Origin: Isurus oxyrinchus | Taxonomy: Eukaryota | Length of the DNA: 64,000 nt | Direction of reading: 5' to 3' | Assembly: GCA_026770705.1 (NCBI GenBank) | Contig: JANJGN010000055.1 | Span: 1,488,001-1,552,000, forward strand | Shown: piece after piece, positions 1 through 13,345 of the stretch | Numbering within the stretch: the first letter of the stretch is position 1 | How the letters are laid out: each line of letters begins with the position of its first letter | Program-made: the position numbers and the translations under genes | Notes under the pieces: generated by a model | What the model was told of the DNA's origin: nothing | Database searches by the model: none | The model's input: the letters and a program-made list of their open reading frames with translations, nothing else

Positions 1-612
1 TTAGATTTAGTATTACTTACAAGGAAAAAGCATGCAAATTGACCAGAGAAACAACAGACCTGAGGATCGGGCGCAGTTTAGAATTCAGCATAGAAGTAGC
101 AAAGGATTGATTAAGAAGCGGAAAACAGCGTACGAGAGTAAGCTTGTGGGGAATACAAAAAGTGACTTTAAAAGTTTCTATTGTTATGTGCAGAGAACAA
201 AATTTATAATGGGAAAAAAGAAGTGGCCGACCAATGAACTGTATACCTTGGTTATGTCTTCACAAAGGAGGACACAAATAACATAATGGAACTTTTGGGA
301 AACAAAAGATTTAGTGAACGGGAGGAACTGAAAGAATCAGGATGGTTAGGGAAATGTTGTTGGGGAAATTGATGGAATTTAAGACCGATAAATCCCCAGA
401 GCCTGATAATCTACATCCCAGAGTACTTACAGAAGAGGCCTTAGAAATAATAGATGCATTGGTTGTCACCTTCCGAGATTCTATAGACTCTGGAACAGTT
501 TCTACAGATTCTCGGGTATCTAATGTAACCCCACTATTTAAAAATGGAGGTAGAGAGAAAACAGGGAATTATAGACTAGTCAGCCTGACATCGGTGGTGG
601 GGAAAATTCTTG
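1..612 (+). mobile_element. CR1-clade LINE ORF2 fragment (region leading into RT), decayed
   Basis: ORF 342-713 reads KSPEPDNLHPRVLTEEALEIIDALVVTFRDSIDSGTV..SNVTPLFKNGGREKTGNYRLVSLTSVVGKIL, the typical CR1 ORF2 pre-RT block. ORF 32-286 (AYESKLVGNTKSDFKSFYCYV) is the preceding linker. Confidence 0.9.
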
Positions 613-1079
613 ACCCCATGATACACCCCGGTGTATGGCCATTCAGAAACTTGATTATGAGTGCACTGAGTGAGAAGCTTCACAATTTAGGACCTTGTCC
701 TGGAACAGATTAATTTAGGATTTGCCTTTTTGGAGAACTGTCACTGTACAGGCCCATTGTTTGTGCTTAGGGGCAAAAAAACGCTTTATTTTCATGCCAT
801 TTGACCTCCTTTTCCCTTTCAATGAAGTTGCACTCATCTTTTCCTATTTGCTTATATCGTTTCATATTATCAGTTATTATTGCGATATCACTATGCTTTT
901 AAAATTATCACTGTACAGTGTTCAATCAAATTGTTTCTATAGTACATCGCTTGACATTGTGATTCATTCTAATTACGTTTCCGATCCTAATTGAGATTCC
1001 ACAAGAGACACACACGCCCTTACACATAACAAAAAAAGGATTTCATCACATTCTATGGACCTGACTCCGATATAAAATT

Positions 1080-1510
1080 AGGTCATCAAAAACTCTGCTT
1101 CCCATGGCTTAAATCGCAGCAAGTCCTTGCAACTATTACCGCTTTACTGGCTCAATTACATGGACTTATAATGTAATTACATATTTCCAAAGACTCTTAA
1201 AGTTTCGTCACCCCATACATTTATAATCTCTTCCAACCCCATCAATTTATGATGTGTCTGTCCTCCTCTAATACTGACCCCTTGTTCATTAACGATTCTA
1301 ATTGGCCCACAAATATTGACTCTGCTTCTAGTTGCCTACGCTCCAATGTCTAGAATTACCTGTCTACACTTCACCTTTCAGTTCTGTTTCCACCCTTGAA
1401 ACAGTTTAATTAAGCATTTATTTGTTTATGTGCCTTTAAACAAGAGAATGTGCCAATGATGTGCCTTGGACATTTTCACTCTGTCAAAGGTGCTGTGTAT
1501 ATATACGATT
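1080..1510 (+). mobile_element. L2-clade LINE 3' end, highly decayed
   Basis: Recognisable L2 3' motifs: caaaaactctgcttccc..., and the tail gtgccttggacattttcactctgtcaaaggtgctgtgtata. Homologous to copies at ~7560-8170 and ~63300-63900. Confidence 0.6.
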
Positions 1511-2426
1511 TCCTATTATCCGTCCGCAGCAGGTCACTGCGCCCCTCTATTTCTGAGTCGATATCACTGTTCTTTTGGCCTTGTACAGGTGTATCAGGCA
1601 CTGTGCTTGAATATGTTTTGCTTGCTGACGTCTTTCTAAATCTGGCTTATTCTGCATCGTGGCGTGCCTAATTCGATATTTCGTCTTGAATCCCGATGTG
1701 TCTGGCTCTGTATTACTCTGGGAATGACAATGCGTGTCTGCGAATCTGACTCTTAATCCAAGTGCACCTTACTCTGAATGCAGGAGTGAATGATTCAATA
1801 TCCTTGAATGTATGTCTCTAATTGGTTGTGCTCTCATTCCTGTATCATTGAGTTTCTGGTACAGCATTGCCTTCTTTCTGAATCTGCATTTCATAGGCTT
1901 GTGCCTGGTATTTATCGATGTTCGGTTTCAGATTTTAAAACCTTCTTCTTTGCATATGACTGTGTTGCCCCCTTGCCTGAATGTAGCTTATCCTTTCCTG
2001 CACTCAACTTTGGTTGCTCAATCATTGCACTCTGTATATTTTACTATATCCTATGTTGTCTGACATTTTAAACTGATGTATATAATTATGAAGTTTACAG
2101 TGCCTTCCTCTGTCCTTAGATATACTGGTCTCTGCACTGTACACTTCTTATGCTCTATATAGTGTGGTGACCATTCAGCTGCTATAATATAAAGGTAACT
2201 AAATTCAAAATGTCACATCCTTAGAACTGCTGCATCACCTCTGCTCTGAGGCTGCTATTAAAAACAATCTGCACCATAATCATTTGGCTGATAGACCATG
2301 TGAAATATGCTTGGAACCGCTCCATCATTCCGTTTCTTATATTCAGCATTTGATGTATTGATAATGACTGTGTGATTCAAGTTCTATTGCCCAGTCTCAG
2401 GTCGACTGTGATATGATTTTTGATAT

Positions 2427-2530
2427 TAAAACATAAAATGCTTGAAATACTGACACTGCAGACGTGGATGCCCCTGTAGAGATTGAAACGGAGATAACGT
2501 TTTGAGCCAGATATGCATAATTCCTTCAGT
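2427..2530 (-). repeat. Penelope-like element terminal (pLTR) remnant
   Basis: aaaacataaaatgcttgaaatact...gagataacgttt resembles the PLE terminus at 34008-34140 and 37609-37745. Confidence 0.45.
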
Positions 2531-3559
2531 ATCAAATACATCTACGTATTTCTCTATTCTGAGAGAATGTATGTGATGTGCTCGGACATGCACCATGTCC
2601 ATCATTATGATTTTTGGAGCATGATGTGCGTGGGTCTGCTGTTCGATTGCAGCTCAACAGTTCAGCTCTCATGCGCTAGCAGCAGCTCAAAGATTTTGTT
2701 TCTGTTATTAACTGTAGAATGTAGGATCATAACGGTGGTTCTGATGTTCAGTCTGTGTGGTGAGAGGCAATTATTTATAGGTTTTCAGCCGCATTCTTGA
2801 GCCGCTGAATTCTATGTAGTTTCGGGACAGCGAAAGTATTATTTACAGAAGGCAACATAATCATTTCACAACGATAGCGACAGTGATGGCCTGACAATGC
2901 ATTTCAAAGTTAGCTTCTGTGTCTCTTGGAAGATAATTGCTGGTATTGTTTTCTAAGCATCTGTTGCCCTCGTTGTTCTATGATGGAGAAATGGTGGGTC
3001 TGGAAGATGTCGTCGACAGACAATTGGTGAATTGCTGCAGCGCTTCTTCTGGTTGGCTCACACTGCTGTTACTGTGCGATGGTTTTGGAAGAATTGACTG
3101 CTTCAGCCCATCGATGGGTTGTCAAACTAACAGTTTTTTTTCCCTCTGTGGTATTCCGTTACTCAATATTATTGGAGCAGCATTCATCCATGTATAGATT
3201 TTATTTAATCACGCTCCTGATATGTGACATTTGTGTGGTGGGCAAGCATTTTGAAGTCAAGCCGTGGGTCAATACCTGCAGAGTTCCCATTCTCCAGCCT
3301 GAACCCATAGAGGAAGGATGCACATCACAAGCTCAGCTAAGGTTATTTTTAATGATAAGCTCGAGAATGTTGGTGCTTTGGGTTACAGAATTGGGAGATC
3401 GTGGGGTCGTCTGTTGCTGGAGATGGGCATTGTCAGTCATTCATATAGCACGAAAGTTACCTGCAGTAACAAACACAAGCCAGGTTGTTAGCCAGTTTTT
3501 CATGCATGTTGACAGTTCTTGAGGAACTGAGTTCCTGTAACCGGGCTTGATATCATCGA

Positions 3560-5480
3560 ACTGCAGCAAGCAGATGACAGATAGCCAGCGTGGGAGAGGT
3601 GGGGGTACGGTGGGAGGTGCACAGGGTAAGTCTACATTAATTGAAGGGCAAGAGCCAACTGCGTAGAAATGGACAGGCAATCCTTTGCAGGTTGCTCTCT
3701 AGCCAATATATGTCAAAACGAGTGGAACAAGGCAAGTGAAATTCTGCTCTACCTACCGAAAGGAGGGGACGCATTGTTAGAGAATGTTGTGGCCAATTTT
3801 TATCAAGTCTGCAGCTGGAGAAGAATGAGGAGATTTAGATTAGCAAAGCCTTTCTTTCAGAAGTCAGGTCATTTGTGTCCTTCAAAAGCGGTGCTCAAAT
3901 TCTGTCTGCTGGCAATAACTGAATCCACGGAAATAAACATGAACTGTTCAGAAAGCTATTCACAGATTTGGAAGATTACAACCCATTTGAGGACTATGAG
4001 AATGGAAGCGATTTTGGAGGTGTGACAATAGTTTGTCAGGGCAGACGTTGTGTTTGATGGAGAGGGGTGGTAATGTTTTTTTTTAATTGAGAGTGCTGTC
4101 ATAGCACCCAACGAGCGGGGCAGCATTAGCGGTATCAACATGAATGGGAGACACAAATGGAAATGGCTCCGTGATCAACTTAGTACAATAGGGTTGAAGG
4201 ACCAGGAGGCAGGTGTCACTAATTTGCAGAGCTTGGTGGGCGCAAGCCAGGACCAGAACATCAGAAGACATCATGGCAAGAGTGACCTATTGGAAGATGG
4301 GTAATTGAAGAAATCAGACAAGCTTTCTCAACGGATCTCTCAAAGTTTGTGAGTTACAATAAATGAGCTTCTGAGTTTTGCTATTGGAGGTGACTATGGA
4401 GGAGGCACGTGGGCAGATTATGAAGCCGGATTTTGGTGGAGAACATAGGCTGGTTGTTATATTTGCATTCCCACATGGATGGATTTTGCAATAGCAGAGA
4501 GTTCCTGCGGTGCAAAGAAGGCAAACCATTCTGCTTTGAGTTATCCAATCAGATGTTGTTTTCGTTCAATAAATCGCCTGCCAATCCAAATCTGTAGCAC
4601 TTAAATTAAATGAATTGGTGGTTAGTGTGTTTCAGTGGAACTATTGTGGTGGTAGTCGTAGCGGCGTGGTGGAGGTGGGAAGGTGAGGTGGCGGTGTTGG
4701 GTTGGGGGTACTACATTCCAGCACGACATTGGTGTTAGCTGCCTCAAAGCTTTCTTTGTTTGCTCCGTGTCAATTTTTTCCCTGAACAAATTGAGATGAT
4801 TAACGTTTTCTCGCTTGAACACCAATTTCTTGTTCCTTTTCTTGATGCTGCTTCTTGTTTCTGGGTACTTGTTTTACCCTGTGTCTGTGTCTCGTGGTCC
4901 AGAAAATAAAGTTGCTTTGTACTTCAGTTTAAGAATTCTTATACATTTACCATCTGTGCCTAATCTCACTGTGCTGGCAAAGCAACTGAATTTTAGTGCT
5001 GTGTAAAGATCAGTGTACCTTTAAAGGCTGGATGTGCCCGGATAGATGAAGAAATGGTGATTTAGTTTAGGGCAAGAGAGAATCTCTTTCGAGTGAAACC
5101 ATATCACAGATTATCAAGGTGCGAAAACGTAGTCCTCCACTGAACTGGGAACATGCTACAATCTTGAAAACTTTCACCAACATTGCTCTCCGCACATGCT
5201 TCAGACAGTCTTCTCAGAACACTAACAAGCCAAAACTAAACAACAGCTGAAAAAGGTTTTGGAGTGTTAAGCATCGAGTTAGCTGTAAAGATGTAGATGT
5301 TTGTTTTGTGAAGGAAGAAGAGAGATCGGAGGATGTAATGCTGGAATTCAGGATCTCCTCGGTGCAGTTCCTTGCAGAATGTGTGTAGACGATACTGTAG
5401 GAGGAGTTATGCATTAGGAATAATGTTTTACTACAGGAGTGGAGATAAGTGTGGAGACTGCACACAGCCATTTATGCCTG
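3560..5480 (-). mobile_element. Very old LINE (probably L2) internal remnants
   Basis: Purine-rich + strand. Minus-strand peptides are weakly like L2 ORF2 (e.g. 5214-5471 ..SSITSSDLSSSF..LFQLL). No long ORF. Confidence 0.35.
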
Positions 5481-7559
5481 CGGGAGATTGCTGAAATACG
5501 CAGTGACTCCGGGGCAAAATGATTAGATGGGGTGGACAAACATCTTCCAATCACGACGACAGAAGAGAGGGCTTTGCATATTTATCCAGAAAAAGATTTC
5601 AAATGTTGGAATCGGGACACTTATGGTTTGTACGTACTACTTATCACCCACAGCAGTTATGGTATTTGCCATCGTGGTTACACTTGGTGTATGTCAGAAT
5701 CAAAACTACATTTTGACCAAGTTTCAGCTCAAGCAAATTCCTGCCTGATGCTGAACAAGGAGTTGTGGAAAGTGAATAGACACCAGATTCAATGGAGGAG
5801 ACGGAAGTTATCAATGGCATTCTAGTGAAAGTGGACATAAGCTTAATTTGGCTTGTGAGGATTTCTAATGGTCTGGAAACGAAGGATTGTACCCAGCATT
5901 ATGCGGTACAAAAGTTGGATCCCTGGAAGTTACACAAAAACAACATGTCGTTTTTATAACTTTGCAATCATTGTTTCATAGTAGGAAATAAGAGGCAAAA
6001 GGAATGGAGATACCTCATGTTTCACCTGCGGGCCTCGGTAGCACATCTCTTGTGGAACAAGGCATGACAGCGGGAATGAGGGTGAGGAGCAAAACACTGC
6101 CTTCCTGATATATGATTCCTCAGTGCTGGGTCCTTTTGGATGAAAAAAGAGGAAGTGGTCAACATCACTTGTTAATGTACATCTGATTGGCAGAAATGGG
6201 ACGGATTGCCAAAATAGTGAAGGGATCATAGAAATGTAAATAGGAATTCGGTAGTTTTATGTGGCTGTCAAATAATCGTGACTAGAAACTTCGAAGATGC
6301 TGTTAGTTGTCTGTAATGTAAAATCGTGCACGCATTTCAAACACACGGCAAACAAAATCCAGCCACTTACACTTCAAATTGGCAGGCACCGCATTCATTT
6401 GCAATCATTGTGATTCTAAGCAGTCCTCTTTGTAGAGAAGAATACATGGTTGTTTATCAAAACAGAGCATAAGTGTTGCTGAAAAAAAGAAACAAGCTGT
6501 TGAAGTGTATTTTTTTGGCTTGCAGTCAACATGACAGATTTTCAATATTACCCATTGTGATGAAAACAACAATTCGTATTGCATGAGATAAGACTGCTGA
6601 ATCGCTTCCAAGTGGACTCGGATTGGTTTAGACATGGCCGTGGGGCATCAAGTTTTTAAATCTTTGACCAATCAGAGTGACCAGCATGAGTTGAATTTAC
6701 CTGTTCCCTGGTGCATACACAATGACAACGCTTCTGCGAATCGGCATCAATTTGCAACTGTAGAATTATTCAAAGCGTGGGTCAGTAACTGGATTAGAAT
6801 AGGTTATTTCGTCATTATCTTCGTTGTTTCAATTGATTGAATGCTCGATACCATGGCACTCTCTCCATGTCTTTTTTATAATGCAATTGATTACAAACAC
6901 CTTTGCCAGAAGTCCACGTTTGAATCAATCCCATGAATCATCCACACCTCCGACATTCCAAGAACAGTTTCTATAACAACTGACTTAGAAGGTGACTGAC
7001 AAAATTAAATGAACCCTCGTCATCCTACGCAGACCTATGTTCCAGATTTTAAATTGTGGAACACTCCGGCCTCTCTCAACTCCTTTGCCCTATAATGTAC
7101 CTGGATTGTACTTCCATCACTTGTTTCCATTATAAATTTTCCAATAGCACTCTAGAAACAAGCTGAAATCACTTCTCTCCCTGCTCCTGCACGATATGTT
7201 TCTGTGCAGCCTGCAAAAATTCAATCAGTATTCAGTTTCTCATCTGCAAACCGTGCCTTGGTAATGTCATAGAAAAAATGTGCTTCAGTTTCCACATGTG
7301 CACAGTGCACGCCTAATTCCTTCTCTCATCCACATGCCCTGTTCCTCACCGACCTTCAGTTAGCTATGCTGTTGTCTGACATTCAGAATTCGAGGAAAAG
7401 AATGTCTTCAGTCCACCTCAAAAGCTCTGCTCCATTACGACAATCTCCATGCTCCCTTCGGTATCTATGTGATCAACGACAACTTTGAAAGGGGTTGACC
7501 ACACGAACATATATCTACCCTACCGCTATTCCCTTGGAAGCTCACCGATCTGCGACATT

Positions 7560-8170
7560 GTCAAAGTCTATCCCATGTTTGGACTTGTCTGATCCTGAAA
7601 CTCCTATCCATTCGGTTTACATCACTAGGTCGTATTATTCTCGCTTATTTTTGTTACCCTCCCACAATCTGCTCGTAATAATCTTGAGACGACCTAAAAC
7701 AATTGCAGCTCATGGCTTGGCTCACATCCAGTTCTCTTGATATTTAAGTCCTGCTTTCGATTAGCAACATCCAGTCCAGATAAATCAAAGACTCGATTTA
7801 ACATTTCTCTGTTGCCAGGTAACTCTGAGGCTTCTTCAAAACTCAATCTCAGTAATCTGCTCCAAGCCCAAGCCCTCTGACACCATTGTGCTTCTCAAGT
7901 ACTAGCCAATTCTTTATCCCGGAATTTAATCGCTCTACTGTTGCCGATGGCTTCAGCTCTCAATTTCATTCCCTCAGTCAATGAACCAATTAGAACGTGT
8001 CTTTGATTTTTTGGATCACCTTAAAACCTAACTCTTGCCGACGCTATTTCTCATCCCTATGTTACCTTCCAGTGTGGCTCGGTGTCAAAGTGTACTGTCG
8101 AATGTATTTTTCAAACTCTTGGGATGATTTGTTATCTTGAAGTCGCTATATATAAGCAACGTGTTGAGTT
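7560..8170 (+). mobile_element. L2-clade LINE 3' end, decayed
   Basis: ggaatttaatcgctctactgttg..., gtgtggctcggtgtcaaa and the tail ttgggatgatttgttatcttgaagtcgctatatataagcaacgtgttg match the L2 3' terminus pattern. Confidence 0.65.
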
Positions 8171-9031
8171 TATAAAACAATGACTTTATGAGCTCTTCAT
8201 AGTTACATTGCTCGTCATTATATAAATCTCTGATCGCGGTTCACAAATTCAGTATATTAGCTAACATCTGAATGACCTCAGATAAAGAGGGTAGAAACAA
8301 CCCAGGGTACAGCAAAGGATCCTTGAAACCTTCCTGTTGATATTTCGAATTCAATTACAAAATTAATTCACCCAAGTAGAGTTACCACTGAAATAAAATG
8401 AGACCTCGCAACGTTTTAGTACCAACACCATTGCAGGCTAAATGCAACATGCTTGCATCAATAATTAATTATTTTTGAAGTATTTCTCGTTGCCCATTTT
8501 ATAATTTCACTGATTATGGGCCAAGAACTGAAGTGAGACACCTGACTTGAGCGGTCACGTTTCAGCCAGCGTATCTTTCATTGAATACTTGCTAAATATG
8601 TGGGTCATTAAGAGAAATAGAGAAAACCGGTCCTTCATTGCCATCCTTGCTTCAAGTGAATGCTTGCTCGACCCCATGCCTCAGCCTCCGTGTTTTCCGA
8701 ATGAAATCTAATGAAAATACCTTCATTGGAAGTATTTGACACTTCTTGTATGAGGCAGAACGTTCTGTGATTGTGGTTTGCTATTTGCCCACGTAAAGCG
8801 GAAAAGGCGTACAGCTTTCTCTGGAGAGAATTTATGTCATTACAACAGGGACTTAACTTGGTTGTTGCAACCTGTTTGCCCAGATTGAGTTAAAGAAAAG
8901 CTCAACTGAAAAGTACAGAAACCTCAAGCTTCCTGTACACATCCGTAGGGTATACATTAATGGTTGTGGGAATTTACATTCAGAGATAGTGAGGTCTTGC
9001 AGAGCGAAATGACGTTTCCTTTCGAGGCAAA

Positions 9032-9098
9032 ATACATAGACCAATTGGCATTATTCTTAAAATATACTACATTATCCTTGCCATCATTGGTGTTCCTG
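9032..9098 (+). pseudogene. Exon 1 of GPR139/GPR142-like orphan GPCR pseudogene A (N-terminus and first half of TM1)
   Basis: Reads (I)HRPIGIILKIYYIILAIIGVP-G and is followed by a canonical donor GTAAGT at 9099. ATA sits where the initiator ATG is expected. The phase-1 split inside GVP|xN joins exon 2 at ~14265. Confidence 0.75.
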
Positions 9099-10414
9099 GT
9101 AAGTTACTAAAACCATTGATGTTGTGGGAACATATCTGTGAGCTGGTCCCTGTTTTCTGTGTGCCAAATATAATCAAACCCTGATCTTCTGTGCAATGTA
9201 ACATATCTAGATTTAGATATTTCTCTTTTTCAATCAGTTCTACTGAAGGAGCCTTCCCATAGTGTCTGAATTAGTGGCGTTTTTATGCACTTAGTGACAT
9301 GTTGCATGTAACTGACTCGGGACATTGTGTGGACGTATTTCTGGGAAAATGTATTCCAGGAATGTTCTGTCATGGTACAATTTCACTGTATCGTATCGGT
9401 TGCAATTGATTGCCAAAGTTTTGCTCGGAAATATTTGGCACAAGTTATATCAAGTGAAATAATTTGAAATCGATGTCTGCTAATGAATGAGAAGAGAACA
9501 AACAGGTGAGAAGTGCTTAATGACGGGTACACAATATGACAGCATTTTCCCTGTGGTCAAGAGCCTGTACAATGATTGATTGCCTTTCTGTGTACTATGA
9601 AAACAATGACTTTATGATGATTAAACCAATTACCCAACACTGCCCTAAGAATTGATAGGTCACCAACTTTGTTTTGGTGTCCTGCTGTTACTCCACATGA
9701 GCAGTTTGCTGTCGATATGGAATATTCTGGACTATTCTACCTCTTCATCTGAATAAGGTGTGACAATCTACTTCTTGCTTGTGATTCATGCTCTCTAAAC
9801 GTGCAACCTGCAACGATAACAACCCATAGATCAGTGGCGTGTCTCCAAGCGAGAATTGATACAGTTGAATAAAGAATATACTTACTGTGTTTTCAGTAGA
9901 CAAGGATCAGTCCCTGCCATTAAATAATGGCTTCACTAAACTGTCAGTAGTGCAATATATTGCGCACTGTTGCAATAATAATAATAATAACTTCAATGCC
10001 TGTAACATTATAAATAGAACACTGACAACACTGATTAATTGACCCTCGAGTTATAGAAAATTAGTTTAGCTCTGAAACTGACTGTATGGTACAACTTGGT
10101 GTCTCAGGTTCTGCTCTACCCACAACTAAGTCACATCTCACGACTCTCTAACTCAATCCACGAACCTTGTCCTGTTGGGTTTTATTCCTCATGCTTACAC
10201 CTTATTGTCACGTAATTGCATCTAACATAATTTCCGTGAGAACTAAAATTGTACTCAGTTCCCTCTTCTAACAAATCCAAGGCAAGTAAATCTTCCGAGT
10301 TGTCTTTCAGGATTTAATACTGATTAAATTCAGTTTATGATACTCATACAATGAACATTTTTTGAGTTTTCTTCCTGAATTATTATTGCTGTTTTTTTTT
10401 CATATTACATGTCT

Positions 10415-12070
10415 ATCTCCCTTCCACAGGTTCTGAACAGTAAGCAATTGCTTCAGTCATCCCATGCTTTCCTGAAACTGTGCCTAACCGTGGTCATTCT
10501 GAAACAGGTGCTGCAGAATAGAAGTTCCAGCAGATGTATGTATGCCCAATTTCGTGCATATATAATCATCCTGCTCATACAAAAGCTGACAAGCCTTACC
10601 TACCACACTGCTCCATTCAGCTGCCTGGACAATTTCTCTCCTCCAGGCCCACTTGTTATATGGAAGAGGACTCATTTGGAAGTTATTATCCCAGTTCCCG
10701 TCATTGAACAGTTTTATGGAGCCTCATTTATCTTTCATCACTGCAGGGCTGGGAATAAGTTTAATTGCATGCCCCTGAATCTGATCCCGGCTCAGTGTCC
10801 CTGCTGCAAAGTGCAAACGTGTGAATTCGGGTACAGACACTGACACATTCCCATACTCGAAGGATGAAGATGCGGGAACACGTATAGGTCATTTCTCTCT
10901 TGTGGTTCCATGAGAAATGTGTTCTTCCAATCCTGCTAAGGTTCCCGCATTCATTTTGTTCCCCTGGTAAATTGATAATTTGTTGGGGCACTTTACTTTA
11001 AAGCAGCACTTAGATAGGTTAACCAATTTTCTTTCTAATTTACGTTCCTGCCTTGCCTTCAATAAGTCTATCACGGGCATTTGACTTTCTTAACTCAACT
11101 TCACTTTCCTTGGTTTAAATCCTGGAATTCCCTCCCTAATAGCACAACGGGAGTACTTGCACCACAGAGACTGCGTCGTGTCAAGAATGCAGCACACTGC
11201 CACCTTCTCAAGGGCAAATAGGCAAGGGCAATAAATGCTGCCCCAGCCAAAAAGCCAGAAAGAAATGAAGCAGAAAAGAAAATTACACTGCTGAAGACGA
11301 GATTTATAATACCAACAAATTGTGAGGCTACTTGGTAGAATATTATGCACTGCTAAATTCTTTCCAAGCGTACCTCTTTCCCTTGCACAGTTTCTGAATC
11401 GTGATTCATTCGTTCATTCATCGGCTTCATTCCCCACACTGTGCCTTACCTTCTTAACTACGAGATAGGTGCTGAGCCCAGAAGCTAGTTCACTGAACAG
11501 TCTGCCAGATTTTCGGGCAAATATTCAAAAGCTGACATTCCTCAAGCTAACCTCGGACGGGACTATATCTGACCAAAAGCTGTAGTCCTTGGCCTGACAC
11601 TTTCCCATAGCTATCCTGTGCCCGCCTGCTCCAGATGACTCACGTGGAAGTTATTATCAACTTACAGTCATTGACTAATTTTATTTTTTCTCTTTCATTA
11701 TTGTACGGCTGAGAATAAATCCGAATGCATGTTCCTGATTCTGATCCCTGCGCAGTGATCATGCTGCAAATTCCAAACGTGTGAACTTCGGGTGTGAACA
11801 GTGACACATATGCACACTCGACGGATGAAGATATGGGAATCCCTGGAGTTTATTGCTGCCCTGCGCTTTCCTGAAATCTGTGTGGAAATCTTACCTCCCA
11901 ATCATACACAAGTCTCCACATTCATGTTTTCATTTTATTCCCTGGAAAATTAGTAGGTTGTTTGGTCACTCGCCTATGTTATTTCTGCACTGGCGAACAT
12001 AATCAACTTTGCTTTTACCTTACAGTCCTGCTTCATCTTCAAACATTCCATCACTGGCATTTTAATTTCT
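10415..12070. repeat. Old tandem duplication of a ~0.68-kb unit (~10415-11090 and ~11380-12070) separated by a CR1 3'-end piece
   Basis: Collinear blocks are shared by both copies: ggaagttattatc, tgcatg..cctga.tctgatccc, tgctgcaaa..caaacgtgtgaa.ttcgggt, tgacacat..cactcga.ggatgaagat, ccctgg.aaatt, and the ..tc.atcac.ggcattt end. Confidence 0.7.
11118..11255 (+). repeat. CR1-type LINE/SINE 3' end fragment
   Basis: aatcctggaattccctccctaatagcac...caccttctcaagggcaa...gggcaataaatgctg. Reverse-orientation relatives occur at ~17625-17970, ~38670-38830 and ~49395-49560. Confidence 0.6.
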
Positions 12071-13345
12071 GAACTCGATTTAATTAATGGAGATTATCTG
12101 TCAAATTATATCTACTGTAATCCGAACCAAATATAACTGATTCTTCAATTATGTATCCCCCTACCATTTCGCCTGTGAAGCCTTAGTTTGTTTCCTTCAA
12201 TTGCTCCTGTGTTGTTACATTTGTGCCGATGATATGACCCGCCAGTCCAGTCCATCTCAAATGCTTTTATTTACACTCACCGAAGGATTCCCTTTCACGG
12301 TTGTTTTCAGGATGTCGAATGAGTTCATCGCTATTCCTGGGCTATTGCTTTCAGCAAATCTTTCCAGAACAATGTCAGGGCTCACCATGTCCTCATTTTC
12401 CATTGCACCTTCTCCAGTGCTGTCATCTTGCAGTCACCTCCCCCTGAGACCACCAGCAAAATTATCATCTACTCATATCCTATAAAATTCAACACCTCGC
12501 GACAGGCTGATCCATTTTAAATAATCCCATCCTTGAATTATTTTCTCGGCACCTTACTATAGAGGCATAGAAGATGGAACACCTCTCCTTTCAACTCCAT
12601 ACTCACCACTGACCAGATCTCCTGTTAGGGGATGCAGAAATTTACTCGCCCTTTAAATTGTGTATAATAACTCATGCTCCATGATGCGGTACAATGGACA
12701 TGAATTAAAGCAGATTGACTGAATGCTTTGCTGAACACGCCTTGCCTACCCACTATTGTGACTATCAGCTTTTGGTGGTATTCCAGTTTGATAATCTTTC
12801 CTGATTCCAATCTGACTGGACGGGCTAGGCATTTCCATTCTTTGGTGTAATGAGGAACAACAGCGAGGTTTTTTGCTTAGTCATTTTATTGCATGCTGAA
12901 CAGTATGTTAAATCTTTGCAGAATTAATCATCATTTGCAAAGAGAATGTAGGGGAAATGAATTTTTGTTTCATCAAATGCACTGGAGTTTGCAAATGCTT
13001 CCGGGATTTCCCTCTCTGTCCAGGGCCAACGGGAATGTGCGAGCATCAAGGGTTTATCCCGCTTCCCCTTCATCATTTACATTCCCGGACCACACTAAAT
13101 TTATCTCCCTGGAAAGATTTTCTGTTGGTCGCTTCCAAATTGTTGTTTCCCTTTAATTGTTCCTCCACCTCCCTCCCGCCCCACTGCCTTCTGGGTCTAT
13201 AATTCTTTTCAAGCCTTTCTATGACTAATCGCATCCTTTTCTGATGAAAAGTTAAAACCTTGAAACATTTACTCTGTTTCATTCCTTCCACAGATGATGT
13301 ATGGCCTTTTATGTGTCATCACATTTTCTGCTCTTGTTTTTTTAT
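11995..13345 (+). mobile_element. Decayed Penelope-like element (RT C-terminus, GIY-YIG, 3' pLTR)
   Basis: Collinear with the intact PLE at 34005-36673: aatcaactttgct (INFAS), tgttgttacatttgtgccgatgat (RRICSDD). Ends in ctgatga...gaaac...ccacagatg..ttttctgctcttgttttt. Confidence 0.65.

Noticed and set aside
722-8900. Numerous 60-150 aa ORFs on both strands
   Set aside because: No recognisable domains and no consistent exon structure. They overlap decayed LINE sequence or AT-rich spacer and are of the length expected by chance.
9009-9110. ATG at 9009 as an alternative start for GPCR A
   Set aside because: It is out of frame with the YYIILAIIGVP peptide (reads MTFPFEAKYIDQLALF..).
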